Positions 1-12,486 of a DNA stretch of 32,000 nt are shown here, piece after piece (position 1 is the first letter of the stretch; every line of letters starts with the position of its first letter). Under the pieces are notes generated by a model, which saw nothing but the letters and a program-made list of their open reading frames with translations, did not search any database and was not told the origin of the DNA. Origin of the DNA: Sulfolobus acidocaldarius DSM 639 (GTDB lineage Archaea > Thermoproteota > Thermoprotei_A > Sulfolobales > Sulfolobaceae); assembly GCF_000012285.1 (NCBI RefSeq), contig NC_007181.1, positions 570,001 through 602,000 on the forward strand, written 5' to 3'. The translations under genes were made by a program, and so were the position numbers.

Positions 1-645
1 TACGTATTAAAGGCTGAAAATAAGGAAAAACTGAATGAAAAAATTCGTCTTTTAATGAACCAAGTTAACTGCAACGATTACGTAATATTGTATTCAAAGA
101 AGACGCTTAAACTAAGCGTAAAATATGATGTATTAAGAGGAATCTCTTATAGTGAAAATGATAGTCTGAGAGAAAAAGTACCCACTGCAGATGAACTAGG
201 AATACAAAAAGATCTACTTACTGATCTATCATACCCATTACCTATAGTAGAAAAACCCTTCGAAAAGATATCTAAGAAATTTAATCTAACAGAATCGGAA
301 ATAGTCGAGTTAATTAAAGAATTAAAAGAGAAAGGGGTAATAAAGGATTATGGAGCCACTGTAAATGGAGAAAGAATAGGAATAGTAGAAAATGCTATGT
401 TTTTATTAAATTCTGATGATATAGAGAGCTCTTGTTACAACATAGCTACAAAATTAAAAGAAGCTACTCATGTAGTGCTAAGAGAAGCAGACAAAGAATG
501 GGATTACTTATGCTACGCTATGATACACGCTAGAAATAAGAACTTGATTTTTGAGACAGCTAAAAAAGCAATTGAAATTAGTAATGCAAAAAGCTATATG
601 TTGCTATTTAGTCTGGACAATCTTAAACCGGGTATTGTAATTTAG
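1..645 (+). CDS. Lrp/AsnC-type protein, siroheme decarboxylase-like (AhbA/AhbB, NirD/L family); 5' end outside window
   Basis: Frame 1 is open from nt 1 with no stop before the listed ATG at 55, so the CDS probably enters from upstream. It has the wHTH-like segment '[27 protein letters not shown]' followed by an AsnC-type effector-like domain. Confidence 0.5.
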   Translation, partial: YVLKAENKEKLNEKIRLLMNQVNCNDYVILYSKKTLKLSVKYDVLRGISYSENDSLREKVPTADELGIQKDLLTDLSYPLPIVEKPFEKISKKFNLTESEIVELIKELKEKGVIKDYGATVNGERIGIVENAMFLLNSDDIESSCYNIATKLKEATHVVLREADKEWDYLCYAMIHARNKNLIFETAKKAIEISNAKSYMLLFSLDNLKPGIVI

Positions 646-1428
646 ACATAGACCCTTTAATCTTTACCGAGAGAGTTATCTGAGATATTTCCTTTATCGC
701 ACTATCTACTTTATCCTCGTTTAATCCTCCCTCAAATTCTACATAAAAATAATATTTCCATGGTTCTACTTTTAATGGTCTAGAATATATCATTGTAAGA
801 TTAATGTTATTTACATAAAATCTTTCTAATACTTTGTACAGAGATCCAGGCTTGTGAGGTATAGTGAAGAATATCATTGTCTTTTCTCCAGATATTTTAA
901 ACCTATTAGAAATTATTACAAATCTAGTTAAATTTACCCCATTTTCCACGTTTTCTAATAAAATATTCAGATTATTTATCTGAGCAGCGTATCTTGAACA
1001 TATTGCAGCAGCATCTTTATCTTCTGATGCATATTTTGCTGCAATAGACGTACTCTCGACAGGAATTATATTATGTAAGCCTAGTTCTTCTAGTTTTTCT
1101 TTGGCTTCTTGAATCGCATGAGGATGAGAATAGATTTTTTTCACATCTTTAATGGAATTTATTGCTTGATTGGAAGCGATTACAAGATTTATGTTTTTTT
1201 CTACTTCATAATTAACATAAATATTCTCGTATTTGAATAAATTGTCTAATGACTCGTGTACTGGACCTTCTTTACTATTTTCGATAGGTACAACACCTAT
1301 ACTATTTGAGTTCTGATTAACACTTTTGAAAATCTCTGTTATCGTCTTTACGCCTATTTTCTCTCCGGTAAAACTTTCTGCTACCTCGTACGAAAAACTA
1401 CCTTTAGGACCTAGATAGTAAATTCCAT
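623..1428 (-). CDS. pheA: Prephenate dehydratase (PDT catalytic domain + C-terminal ACT domain); start codon unresolved
   Basis: The listed ORF 623..1144 gives the PDT C-terminal half and the ACT domain ('TRFVIISN...[11 protein letters not shown]...NLTMIYSRP'). The same frame stays open to 1471 and encodes the canonical N-terminus '[16 protein letters not shown]...[19 protein letters not shown]'. There is no in-frame ATG/GTG/TTG upstream of the GTG at 1144, and the ATG at 1428..1426 is one frame off. Confidence 0.8.
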
Positions 1429-1466
1429 TTGGATCAACAGTCTGAGTGAAGTTTGGTATAAAAACT

Positions 1467-2708
1467 TTACTCTACCAAGGTTGCTTCAATACCGTCTAAT
1501 GCCAATGAATATAAGAATTCCGATAAACTTTCACTAACAGGGATCTCAAATACTACATGGATTTTCGTGAAACCAGGCTTGACATCAGTACTCATTCTAT
1601 CATGAATTACATCAATCACATTCCCTCTAATTTGTGCTACTCTACTTAATACTCTATTTAAATAACCAGGTTTATCTGGAACCAATACTTTAACTTTCAC
1701 TACTCTTTTAGATTTGAAAAGCATTCTATCTATAATCCTAGCAAGCAATGACATATCTATATTTCCTCCACTAATTATTGGAATTACCTTTTTACCATTA
1801 CCTACTTTTATCTTTCCTGAGATAATCGCAGCAACACTTGCAGCCCCAGCGCCCTCTGCTATGGTTTTATTTCTTTCTAATAGATATAGTATTGCGTTGG
1901 CTATATCTTCATCATCAACTAAAACTATATCGTCAACTAACTCACTTATCACTTCATAGGTTATCTTTGATGGATTTTTTACTAGAATTCCATCAGCTAT
2001 AGAAAAAGATGGCTCAATTTCAACTAATCTTCCTAACTCTACTGATACCTTCATAGACGGTGATGCAGAAGACTGTACACCTATAACTTTTAGATTGTTC
2101 CTTTTAGCTTTTAATGCAATAGATATTCCGGATATTAGACCCCCTCCTCCTATTGGTACTACAACAACATCAGGTTCTGCTTCGAGCAATTCTAGTCCCA
2201 GAGTTCCTTGACCTAATATTACATTTAAATCATCATATGGATGAACTAAAACAGCGTTAGTTTCCCTTATTATCTCTTCAGCTTTTTTCATACTTTCATG
2301 TAAAAACTTTCCATGAAGAATAACATTAGCTCCATAATTTTTCGTAGCTAAATATTTTGATATAGGAGCAGTCTCAGGCATAACAACAGTAGATTTAATC
2401 CCTAAGACGCTTGCAGCGTATGCTACACCCTGTGCATGATTGCCCGCAGATACTGCTATTACTCCTCTTTCTCTTTCAGCTTGCGAAAGGCTAATTAGCT
2501 TAGAGAAAGCACCTCTTACTTTAAATGAACCAGTCTTTTGCAGATTCTCCATCTTAAGATAAACTTTAGCTCCTGCAATATTAGAAAACGTGGAAGAATA
2601 ATCTAGTGGAGTTTTATGAATATATTGTTTTATTGATTCATGAACTTTAACTATTTGATCAAAATAATTAAGATAACTCATCAGGAAAACCCCTGCTCTC
2701 CTCATCAC
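1467..2708 (-). CDS. Threonine ammonia-lyase / threonine dehydratase (PLP-dependent, with C-terminal ACT-like regulatory domain)
   Basis: It has the PLP-lysine motif 'TGSFKVRGA', '[10 protein letters not shown]' and the glycine loop '[11 protein letters not shown]'. The likely true start is the internal Met 'MSYLNYF' at 2681, because the listed start abuts the upstream stop. Confidence 0.85.
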   Translation of the reverse strand: MMRRAGVFLMSYLNYFDQIVKVHESIKQYIHKTPLDYSSTFSNIAGAKVYLKMENLQKTGSFKVRGAFSKLISLSQAERERGVIAVSAGNHAQGVAYAASVLGIKSTVVMPETAPISKYLATKNYGANVILHGKFLHESMKKAEEIIRETNAVLVHPYDDLNVILGQGTLGLELLEAEPDVVVVPIGGGGLISGISIALKAKRNNLKVIGVQSSASPSMKVSVELGRLVEIEPSFSIADGILVKNPSKITYEVISELVDDIVLVDDEDIANAILYLLERNKTIAEGAGAASVAAIISGKIKVGNGKKVIPIISGGNIDMSLLARIIDRMLFKSKRVVKVKVLVPDKPGYLNRVLSRVAQIRGNVIDVIHDRMSTDVKPGFTKIHVVFEIPVSESLSEFLYSLALDGIEATLVE

Positions 2709-3227
2709 TCAGCGATCGAGGACCTCCTCATCCTTAGTATATTCTAAATATAACTTATTATAGGTATCTTCAAGAGATTCAGGCAATACTTTTGCATTTC
2801 CTATAACTGGCATAAAATTAGCATCACCATTCCATCTAGGCACAATATGTATATGTACATGTTGTTCTATTCCAGCCCCTGCAACCCTACCTATATTTAT
2901 ACCAATATTAAATCCATCAGGCGAGTACACTCTTCTTAATTTCTTTATACTTGTCCTCACCATCTTGAAAAGTTCAGTAAGTTCATTATCATCAAGTAAT
3001 TCTACGCTGCTAACATGTTTATATGGGACAATCATGATATGACCTGGATTATACGGAAATGTGTTTAGAACTATATACGAATAGGTAGCTCTAAAAACCA
3101 CCTTATTTTCTCTGTCTCTTGATCTATCATATGCAAAATTACAAAATATGCAAGGTTCTTTCTCATTTTTTATTTTTGAAGCAGAAGTTACATATTTTGA
3201 TCTCCAAGGAGCCCATAAAATATCCAT
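2709..3227 (-). CDS. HIT (histidine triad) family nucleotide hydrolase/transferase
   Basis: It has the histidine triad '[10 protein letters not shown]' and the N-terminal 'WAPWRSKY' typical of the Ap4A-phosphorylase/GalT-like HIT branch. Confidence 0.85.
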   Translation of the reverse strand: MDILWAPWRSKYVTSASKIKNEKEPCIFCNFAYDRSRDRENKVVFRATYSYIVLNTFPYNPGHIMIVPYKHVSSVELLDDNELTELFKMVRTSIKKLRRVYSPDGFNIGINIGRVAGAGIEQHVHIHIVPRWNGDANFMPVIGNAKVLPESLEDTYNKLYLEYTKDEEVLDR

Positions 3228-3264
3228 AAAAGTAATAAGTTATGGGAATTAAAAATAAGTTTCT

Positions 3265-4230
3265 TCACTCTTCAGCATCTCTAACTCCTTCTTCAGTTAT
3301 AGCAAATACTACCTCTCCTTCTGGCAGATGTGGTGCATCTACTATTCTAGCTATCCTTTTATTTCCTCTACTTTTCTTAAGTTGTACTCTTATTCCGGGA
3401 ACATGATATAGTGTATGTCCTCCTACAGCAGTGGTAGGATCACCATAAAACATATCTGGTCTAGCCATAACCTGATTAGTTATTATTACTGCTATATCAT
3501 ACATTTCAGCTAGTCTAACTAATTGATGTAAATGTTTGTTTAACTTTTGTTGCCTCACAGCAAGATTCTCTCTTCCAGGATATTCAGCTCTAAAGTGAGA
3601 TGTTATTGAATCTACAATAATCAACTTAATAGCAGGATCTTTAGTGATCAATTCCTGAAGATCATCAACTATAGCCATTTGGTGATCGCTATTTATAGCC
3701 CTCATATAGTAAATGTTATTCATAGCAATATCGGACTCTAATCCTGCTCCTTTTGCCATTGCTTCAATCCTCTCCCATCTAAAAGTACCTTCCGTATCTA
3801 TATATACAGCCTTACCATTTAGTCCACCTTTCTCTTGAGGAAGTTGAACACTAATACTTATCTGATGACATAACTGCGTTTTCCCTGAACCAAATTCACC
3901 AAAAAATTCGGTCATAGTTCTTGTCTCTATTCCACCACCCAATAAACCATCTAATGCCTGGCTGCCAGTGGTTATCTTCTTGGTATTCATTCTTTCTTTC
4001 TTCACTTCCAATGCTGTCTTGAACCTTATATCTAAAGCTTCACGAGCTTCTTTAATTATTCTCTGTGCTGTAGTTTGTGGTATTCCAGCAGCAACACTAA
4101 GATCTTGAGGAGTTGCCACAGCAACTGCTTCTAACGACGAATAGCCAGCTTCTACTAATTTATTAAGTATATTTTGACCTACCCCAGATAAATCTGAAAG
4201 ACTCTTAACCTTTTTTCCATCATTAGACAT
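3265..4230 (-). CDS. radA: DNA repair and recombination protein RadA
   Basis: It has an N-terminal HhH domain ('[29 protein letters not shown]'), Walker A 'GEFGSGKTQ', Walker B 'LIIVDS', and is near-colinear with Sulfolobus RadA as I remember it. Confidence 0.97.
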   Translation of the reverse strand: MSNDGKKVKSLSDLSGVGQNILNKLVEAGYSSLEAVAVATPQDLSVAAGIPQTTAQRIIKEAREALDIRFKTALEVKKERMNTKKITTGSQALDGLLGGGIETRTMTEFFGEFGSGKTQLCHQISISVQLPQEKGGLNGKAVYIDTEGTFRWERIEAMAKGAGLESDIAMNNIYYMRAINSDHQMAIVDDLQELITKDPAIKLIIVDSITSHFRAEYPGRENLAVRQQKLNKHLHQLVRLAEMYDIAVIITNQVMARPDMFYGDPTTAVGGHTLYHVPGIRVQLKKSRGNKRIARIVDAPHLPEGEVVFAITEEGVRDAEE

Positions 4231-4291
4231 AATTTCACCACATATCCAACTTATCTAAAGATTCATGTATGTTATTGTATCTAATAAATAT

Positions 4292-4800
4292 TTAGCCACC
4301 CTTCCTTAAATACCAACCTATATCTAACTCAGGTATTATCTTAATGCCTTTCTTATCTATTTTAACATTTGAATAGCATATAAAATCATTTTTCTCATTA
4401 TAGACTAAATATGAACCTTCTTTTATTTTTAAAGAACCTAGGCTGAGTCTTACAGTTTTTCCATACGTAATTTTCTCCGCCAATTTAGATTTTAGTATCA
4501 ATTTATTTTTACATACCTGGGAGAGATATTTAGCTAGAGGAATTAATGGTCTTACGTCTTTACCCTTTTTTAAAATAATAGGCTCACCAACACTATACGG
4601 AAATAAGCCAATTTTTTCTAACTCATCCAAGACTTCTCTAACTTTAGAATTATTCTCTATAATTTCTATTTGCTCAAAGGAAGATTTGAATTTTATTATA
4701 AGCTTATTCTCTAGAAATGAATACTCTTCATTACAGTTATATTTTTTATATATTGGGTGTAATAATTCTATTAATCTAGATTTGTCCAAAACAATGAAAT

Positions 4801-4822
<22 letters not shown>
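4292..4822 (-). CDS. NIP7-like (UPF0113) PUA-domain RNA-binding protein
   Basis: It is about 175 aa with a PUA-type C-terminal end '...[15 protein letters not shown]'. It overlaps the upstream Nop2/Sun gene by 22 nt. Confidence 0.5.
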
Positions 4823-7175
<2,353 letters not shown>

Positions 7176-7658
7176 GTCACTTAGAGGTTGTAAAATGGTC
7201 AATGAAACATGTTGATGAATTAATCATAGTTATAGGAAGTGCTCAGGAGAGTCATACACTATCCAATCCATTTACTGCAGGAGAACGTATAGAAATGATA
7301 AGAAGAACGCTGGACAAAGAAAATTTAGATCTGTCAAAAGTCTACATAATACCAATACCAGATATAATGATGAACAGCGTTTGGGTCTCACATATAAAAA
7401 CATTTGCACCTAACTTTGACGTAATAATTTCTAGGAATCCATTAGTAAATAGATTGTTCAAAGAGGCAAATGTAGAGGTTTTACAGCCACCGCCCTTTGA
7501 TAGACATAAATATAATTCCACTCTTATTAGGCGTTATATTATAGAAGGAAATGAGGAGTGGAAAAAACTTGTTCCAAAATCAGTATTGGATTATCTATTA
7601 GAGATACATGGTGATGAGAGACTTAGGTCAATTGCTGGTCTATAGAAAATGTGATACT

Positions 7659-8198
7659 TTATACAGTTCTCCTCTTGAATATAAACTTTGATAAACTACT
7701 AGCTAGCTCATGAGATACTTTTATCGGAATAGGAGTAGAAGTGAACAACTGATACCTCTCTATCAATTCTTTACAAAGACTCAGCTCCATGTCTGTATTA
7801 ATATATACTGTCCCTTGTCTCGTAGGTAATGCAGTTAAATTTTGTAAGAAGGAAATTATTTTGTCTCTTCTCAGAGGAAAATGCTTCATCAATGCTCTAT
7901 CTATACTAGCAACGTTTGGCATCTTGGAGTAAAAGATGATATAATTTTTATCAGGAGTTATATAATTAAAACCTCCGTATACCACACCATCTAAAAAAGT
8001 AACATTGCATCCTTTTGTTATACTCTTAAATATAGTATTTCCGTCCTCACCATCTACAGTGATATAATCAAAATCAATATCAATTAGGTTGAAACTTTGA
8101 AAGAACGAAGATAGTAAGATTGTTTTACCCTTACCACCCTTATACGATAAAGGAAAATAACCATCATCTACTCCACAAACTACCAATTCTCTCATCAC
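7659..8198 (-). CDS. DUF99 / UPF0215 family protein
   Basis: The pattern 'GVDDGYF', 'ITVDGEDGT', '[10 protein letters not shown]', 'ALMKHFP', '[11 protein letters not shown]' matches my memory of DUF99. It overlaps the cdc6 3' end by about 35 nt. Confidence 0.6.
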   Translation of the reverse strand: MMRELVVCGVDDGYFPLSYKGGKGKTILLSSFFQSFNLIDIDFDYITVDGEDGNTIFKSITKGCNVTFLDGVVYGGFNYITPDKNYIIFYSKMPNVASIDRALMKHFPLRRDKIISFLQNLTALPTRQGTVYINTDMELSLCKELIERYQLFTSTPIPIKVSHELASSLSKFIFKRRTV

Positions 8199-9357
8199 TT
8201 TCTTTTATAGATTTAATAACTATATCTTTGCTTACAGCTAAACTAATCTCTTTAGTCTTACCATACCTTCCTCTGTTTACCACTCTCGCAGTAATTATTC
8301 CTACCATATCAAGCTCGTTTATTATATCACTAACTCTTCTTTGTGTTATGCTTTCAACTCCTAATTTACCTGCTAATTTTATGTATATATCATAAACTTC
8401 TCCTGTGGTCAACGTCGAATTAGAGTTTAAGCCTAAAACAATCGATATGAGAACCAGCTTAGAGTGAAAAGGCAAAGTCGATATAACTTCATAAACTCTA
8501 TCCCTTTCTAGCTCTATTCTTGCCCTGTTTACATCATCAGCTGTAATTAAATCTCTTCCCTCCCTCTCTGCAATTTCCCCTGAAACTCTAAGCAGATCCA
8601 AAGCCCTCCTTGCATCCCCGTGGTCTCTCGCAGCTAAAGCTGCGCATAGTTTAATTACCTCCTCTGAAATCACTCCTTCATTTAAGGCAATTTTAGATCT
8701 TTGCTTTAGTATATCCTCTAACTGCTCTGCATTATAAGGTGGAAATATTATTTCCTCTTCCCCTAGGCTACTCTTTACCCTAGGATCTAAATTCTCAACC
8801 ATCTTAACATCGTTTGTAATCCCGATAACAGAGACTTTACTCGTAGATAAATCATAATTGATTCTAGTCAATCTGTACAGAATATCATCACCATGTTTTT
8901 TCACAAGTGCGTCAATCTCATCCAAGGTGATTAAAACAATTGTTTGAAATGTGTTGAGTCTTTTTACAAATCTTTTGAATAATTCTGCAGTCGATAGACC
9001 TGTAAATGGAACGCGGATCCCCAAAGCTTCCAATACATCTGCTAATATCCTGTAAGGTGTATCATTCTGTCTTGTATTTATATATATAAATGTGAACTTT
9101 GATGGAAATTTTCTTTGTAGGTTACTTAACACAAACCTCGTTACAGCAGTCTTCCCGGTACCAGTAAGACCATATATGAAAACATTGCTAGGTTTTTCAG
9201 ATCTTGTAATGGGAGCTAGGATCTCTACTAGCTTTCTAATTTGGTCTTCCCTATGAGGTAAGGCTTCAGGTATATAGTCAGGTAATAATAAATCACGTGA
9301 CCTAAAAATCCTACCCTTTTTCAGGGTTGATAAAATACTATCTATGATGTCACTCAT
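8164..9357 (-). CDS. cdc6-1: Orc1/Cdc6 replication initiator (Cdc6-1 type, origin-adjacent)
   Basis: It has AAA+ Walker A 'GLTGTGKT', Walker B 'ITLDEID', sensor and 'DARRALDLL' motifs, and a C-terminal winged helix. It sits directly beside the ORB-bearing origin. Confidence 0.95.
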   Translation of the reverse strand: MSDIIDSILSTLKKGRIFRSRDLLLPDYIPEALPHREDQIRKLVEILAPITRSEKPSNVFIYGLTGTGKTAVTRFVLSNLQRKFPSKFTFIYINTRQNDTPYRILADVLEALGIRVPFTGLSTAELFKRFVKRLNTFQTIVLITLDEIDALVKKHGDDILYRLTRINYDLSTSKVSVIGITNDVKMVENLDPRVKSSLGEEEIIFPPYNAEQLEDILKQRSKIALNEGVISEEVIKLCAALAARDHGDARRALDLLRVSGEIAEREGRDLITADDVNRARIELERDRVYEVISTLPFHSKLVLISIVLGLNSNSTLTTGEVYDIYIKLAGKLGVESITQRRVSDIINELDMVGIITARVVNRGRYGKTKEISLAVSKDIVIKSIKESDERIGSLWSR

Positions 9358-9379
9358 TGCTTATATTATAACGAGAGAA

Positions 9380-9389
9380 TATTTTATAA
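9380..9389 (-). promoter_or_regulatory. TATA box of cdc6-1 (leaderless-type spacing)
   Basis: The minus-strand 'TTATAAAATA' is centred about 28 nt upstream of the ATG at 9357. Confidence 0.5.
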
Positions 9390-9390
9390 C

Positions 9391-9409
9391 AATTAACCCC
9401 CCGGTAAAT
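9391..9409. repeat. Left copy of C6GG-containing direct repeat (AATTAACCCCCCGGTAAAT)
   Basis: It matches 12526..12545 'AATTAAACCCCCCGGTTAAT' with one indel and one mismatch. The motif is very GC-rich for this genome. Confidence 0.7.
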
Positions 9410-9410
9410 C

Positions 9411-9434
9411 ACCCCTTTATTTCAACTGGAAAAC
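9411..9434 (-). promoter_or_regulatory. Origin recognition box (ORB)
   Basis: The plus-strand 'acccctttatttcaactggaaaac' reads 'GTTTTCCAGTTGAAATAAAGGGGT' on the minus strand. Confidence 0.8.
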
Positions 9435-9457
9435 TAATGGTATTATGAATACTACCT

Positions 9458-9480
9458 GCCCCTTCATTTCAACTGGAAAT
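9458..9480 (-). promoter_or_regulatory. Origin recognition box (ORB)
   Basis: The plus-strand 'gccccttcatttcaactggaaat' reads 'ATTTCCAGTTGAAATGAAGGGGC' on the minus strand. It is nearly identical to the box at 9411..9434. Confidence 0.8.
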
Positions 9481-9603
9481 AAAGCTACATCTAACTACTA
9501 ACTTAAAATAACGGTTTGTATAATTTAGTTTTATTTATGTCACTAGTTCGTGTTTTATTTTTATGTAAATAATTGGTGTTCATATTTTATTTTTAGATAT
9601 ATG

Positions 9604-9626
9604 TCTCCAGTGGAACTAAAGGGGTC
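9604..9626 (+). promoter_or_regulatory. Origin recognition box (ORB), inverted relative to the other two
   Basis: The plus-strand 'tctccagtggaactaaaggggtc' lies on the far side of the AT-rich stretch. Confidence 0.8.
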
Positions 9627-9684
9627 TCTGGTTTTGGATTAAGGCGATAAAAAATTAATATCAGTGATCTACGTAGTATATTGT

Positions 9685-9758
<74 letters not shown>

Positions 9759-10123
9759 CTCTTTTGTACTACTCCTTACGGTAGTCCTCTAATATAGAGT
9801 GCGCATTTCGAAACTGGCTCTGCACCACCGTTTATTCCGTGTAGCCAGAAAGTTCCTTTCACAGCAGATTTTGATTACTAGACGCTTACGCTTATTTCCT
9901 AAAGATAAGGAGCTAGAAAGGAGTACGAGAGTGTGCTAGGCTAAGTCGAGAGCAGGAAAAGGGGATCCGACTAGGCTCGTAATTGCGCAAGGCCATACGA
10001 GTTCTGGAAGATATTGCTCGTTGAATATTGAAAGTACCACTACTATTAAGTCAAAACTGTACTACAATATTAGATATTATGAAAACATTCTTAAATCATT
10101 GAACTAGTCAAACTTGTGGTATC

Positions 10124-11809
10124 TTGGCTAGTAAGGAGCTAGAGGAGATATACGGCACTATGGAGGAGGAAATAGAGGAGGGGGAAACTCCAGAACCTTC
10201 TCCGTCCTCTTCCTTTTGGAAAAAGGTGATTGGGGCAATTCCCGTAGGGCTCTTGATTGCGGGGACGTTAGCTCCAGCGCTCTACGCGAACATAGCTAGG
10301 TTGAGCCTCTCAACGCAGGAAGACTCCGAAGCGCAAGAGGAGGAGCTAAAGTGCACAGCCAACGGGATCTCAAGCACCGCGTATAGTGCGGAAAACCAGA
10401 GGTTTGCCTACTACCCAGCAATAGCCCTTCCATTTAGGGCAACTAGGGCCTCCGCCACGCAGTGCGGGCCCTTCTACTGTCTAGACGTCGACCCTAACAA
10501 GGCCTTCGGCCAAGGGATCCTAGTGAGAATAAACTACGAGGGGAGGAACATTTACTTCTACATAGGCTGGGTACCAGCAGTTAAGGGATCGACTATCTTG
10601 GGAGTAGTCCAGGGAGGTAAGTCCTTCAAGTCCTTATCCTTGGCAAAGTACTTAGAGGAGTTCGGCATGGATCTGAACACCGTGGGGGGAAAGCTCGGAG
10701 TAATCCCTGTTTACCCGCTGTCTAAGGACGTGGATGTGTGGTACAACCCGCCAATTTACCAAGGCAACACAACTATCGCCTCAATAATACCTTGGTACGC
10801 CGTTGCCTACACCTACGGCCTATATATAGCCAATCGTATCATCCCAGACTACACTAGTGGTTGCAAAGCTATAGGATGCAAAGGTCTGACCTTTAGAGTG
10901 ATTAGGAGAAACGTAGAAATTAACCTTAGCGACACCGCAAGCGTCTCCGACGATCCGCCCTTGATCATGCCTCTGGGCACTTACCAGATCCTGGACGTGA
11001 CTAGCCTGGCGTGGGTTTACAAGTACTTGGCAGAGGTGCTGAAGGTTAATTTCTCTAACAGCCTAGTCCTCTCCCCAACAGAGCTCGACTTGGGGGCCCC
11101 GGTCTTCCTCTACACCAGCTGTTCCTCCGTTAACCAGAACGCGAACGCCTGCGACGGCTTCCAGTGCGCCAATGGAGGGCTTTGGGGGCTAATCTACTCC
11201 GCCGGTCCCCTCGCCCAGTTGCAGACTCCCTCGGGCAACGTGTATGCCCACCCAGTCATGGTATTTGACATATCCAGGATAGCCAGAGCGCTGGGCGTCT
11301 ACGACTGGAACGTTAACTTAATAGAGGCGATAGCCCTCAACCTAAAGTCACTTTTCAAGCTCCCCGAGAACTACTGGGACTTCGTGAAGAAGCTCGCCAA
11401 GCTCACCGCTCTCGTCGTCGCCTTAGTTGAGACGTACTACATGGGCAACGAGCTGGCCGAGCATGTAGTGGAGTCAACTGCCGACCCTGAGGCCTACGGT
11501 AAGGTATATGCAAAGGCAAGGGACAATTTCAGAGAGAAGGTCCTCAGCTCTTCATTATATGGTGAGGTTAAGGACGCGGTAGTCAACAGGGACAGGGAAA
11601 TATTCGAGGTAATTACGGAGAACTGCGACTTCTTCTATGACCTCAATAACTGGGAGGCAAAGGCAATGGCCGAGAAGACCTTTCAAATACTTACTGCCAT
11701 CTTGCAGGGCGAGAAGGTAGACTGTCAAGAGGGCACCTCTAGCGAGGTGAACTCCATCATCCAGGATTACATAGAGGTCCTTAGGGGCCCTCATGTGGAG
11801 GAGGAGTGA
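10124..11809 (+). CDS. Hypothetical membrane-anchored, Cys-containing protein (orphan; GC-rich foreign gene)
   Basis: It is a 561-aa ORF (TTG start; alternative ATG at Met13). It has an acidic N-terminus, one TM helix 'VIGAIPVGLLIAGTLAPALYANIA', a large Cys-bearing central region and an acidic helical C-terminus. I recognise no family motif. Confidence 0.6.
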   Translation: MASKELEEIYGTMEEEIEEGETPEPSPSSSFWKKVIGAIPVGLLIAGTLAPALYANIARLSLSTQEDSEAQEEELKCTANGISSTAYSAENQRFAYYPAIALPFRATRASATQCGPFYCLDVDPNKAFGQGILVRINYEGRNIYFYIGWVPAVKGSTILGVVQGGKSFKSLSLAKYLEEFGMDLNTVGGKLGVIPVYPLSKDVDVWYNPPIYQGNTTIASIIPWYAVAYTYGLYIANRIIPDYTSGCKAIGCKGLTFRVIRRNVEINLSDTASVSDDPPLIMPLGTYQILDVTSLAWVYKYLAEVLKVNFSNSLVLSPTELDLGAPVFLYTSCSSVNQNANACDGFQCANGGLWGLIYSAGPLAQLQTPSGNVYAHPVMVFDISRIARALGVYDWNVNLIEAIALNLKSLFKLPENYWDFVKKLAKLTALVVALVETYYMGNELAEHVVESTADPEAYGKVYAKARDNFREKVLSSSLYGEVKDAVVNRDREIFEVITENCDFFYDLNNWEAKAMAEKTFQILTAILQGEKVDCQEGTSSEVNSIIQDYIEVLRGPHVEEE

Positions 11810-11930
11810 ACTGCCTTGAAGAAGGGTCACAGGAGTTCCCCAAGGTATCTAACGAAGGCAAGGGTCTCTTCTTCATAGCAATAGGACTAATAGTTGTTGA
11901 CCTGTTCCTTCGTTATATTGACCACCAATC

Positions 11931-12486
11931 CTAACCTACTTGCCCTGCCCTAGCAACATTTCGGCCGCGATCTTGGAGATTAACGTCTCGGACGTCGTGC
12001 CGGTGGTCGTCCATAACGATAACGTCTCCGCAGTTGTCCCAGCAACGATACACCCACCTCCCCTTTAAGCTAGGCTTTGGCACATACGGATGTCTATGGC
12101 GCTGCAATGATAGGTTACCTATTGTTAGACTTCTGGGAAAGGTTGTACTCTACTCGAGGTAGAACAAAAAGGTAGAGTATTCCCATCTGAGAGCTTTGCC
12201 CAGACGCAGGAACACCACCTCACTCTGCTAACCCTTCTGCAAAACTTAGGCGGAGGAACGAGAGCCTTCCTAGATAGGAAACTTAAGTGGGATTCCGTAA
12301 GGTGAGCTAAGCTCATCGCTTCGTCATTAAGATCTCTTTTAACCTTCTGTAAACTTCGCCAAAGTCTACTTTTTCCTCTTCTACCTCCAAGAACACGGGC
12401 TTGGTCAAATGCTTATAGTACTTAGCTTGATAGATGGCTAGGCTTAACTCCCTCCGAACCTCTACCATGTATCTATAATCGTTCAT
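11931..12486 (-). pseudogene. Possible decayed IS200/IS605-type TnpB (OrfB) C-terminal remnant
   Basis: Three minus-strand fragments are present. The first is 12486..12313 (57 aa, '...RRELSLAIYQAKYYKHLTKPVFLEVEEE...'). The second is 12227..12153 ('VVFLRLGKALRWEYSTFLFYLE', ending at an in-frame TAG). The third is 12149..11931 ('...KGRWVYRCWDNCGDVIVMDDHRHDVRDVNLQ...'). In that order they loosely resemble the TnpB 'vlEdL', 'W.f..l...L.YKa' and Zn-finger/'DRDvNAA' motifs. The resemblance is weak and judged by eye. Confidence 0.3.

Larger units (their letters stand above)
9358..9684. other. Chromosomal replication origin, oriC1-type (ORB boxes + AT-rich unwinding region 9481..9603)
   Basis: Three ORB-like boxes (a TCCA-N-TGGAA dyad plus a GGGG string) are present. 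Two lie in one orientation and one is inverted, and they flank a very AT-rich stretch of about 120 bp next to orc1/cdc6. Confidence 0.85.

Noticed and set aside
1714-1959. An 81-aa plus-strand ORF lies inside the threonine dehydratase gene. Similar antisense ORFs occur at 8120..8395, 11555..11830, 12679..12963, 14960..15241, 25443..25658, 25713..25934, 26700..26954, 29072..29278 and 31716..31979.
   Set aside because: All lie entirely antisense to, or within, well-supported conserved genes. Their products are low-complexity and I/L/S-rich, which is typical of shadow ORFs. None has its own signals.
9759-9960. I searched for an intN fragment or a duplicated tRNA-Ala 3' half immediately downstream of tRNA-Ala.
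   Set aside because: Hand translation of the minus strand in all frames gave stops and no 'YVGP'-type integrase block. No repeat of the tRNA 3' half was seen in the window.
9905-10150. The sequence 'TAAGGAGCTAGA' is repeated at about 9906 and about 10132, upstream of and at the 5' end of the 561-aa ORF.
   Set aside because: It is only 12 identical nt, and chance matches of this length are expected in a 32-kb window. The flanks do not align.
12125-12316. The ATGA-coupled 57-aa and 63-aa ORF pair was considered as a toxin-antitoxin module.
   Set aside because: The 63-aa product ('MSLAHLTESHLSFLSRKALVPPPKFCRR...') has no PIN, RelE or other toxin-like motifs. A different frame in the same DNA gives more protein-like fragments, so it is more likely pseudogene debris.
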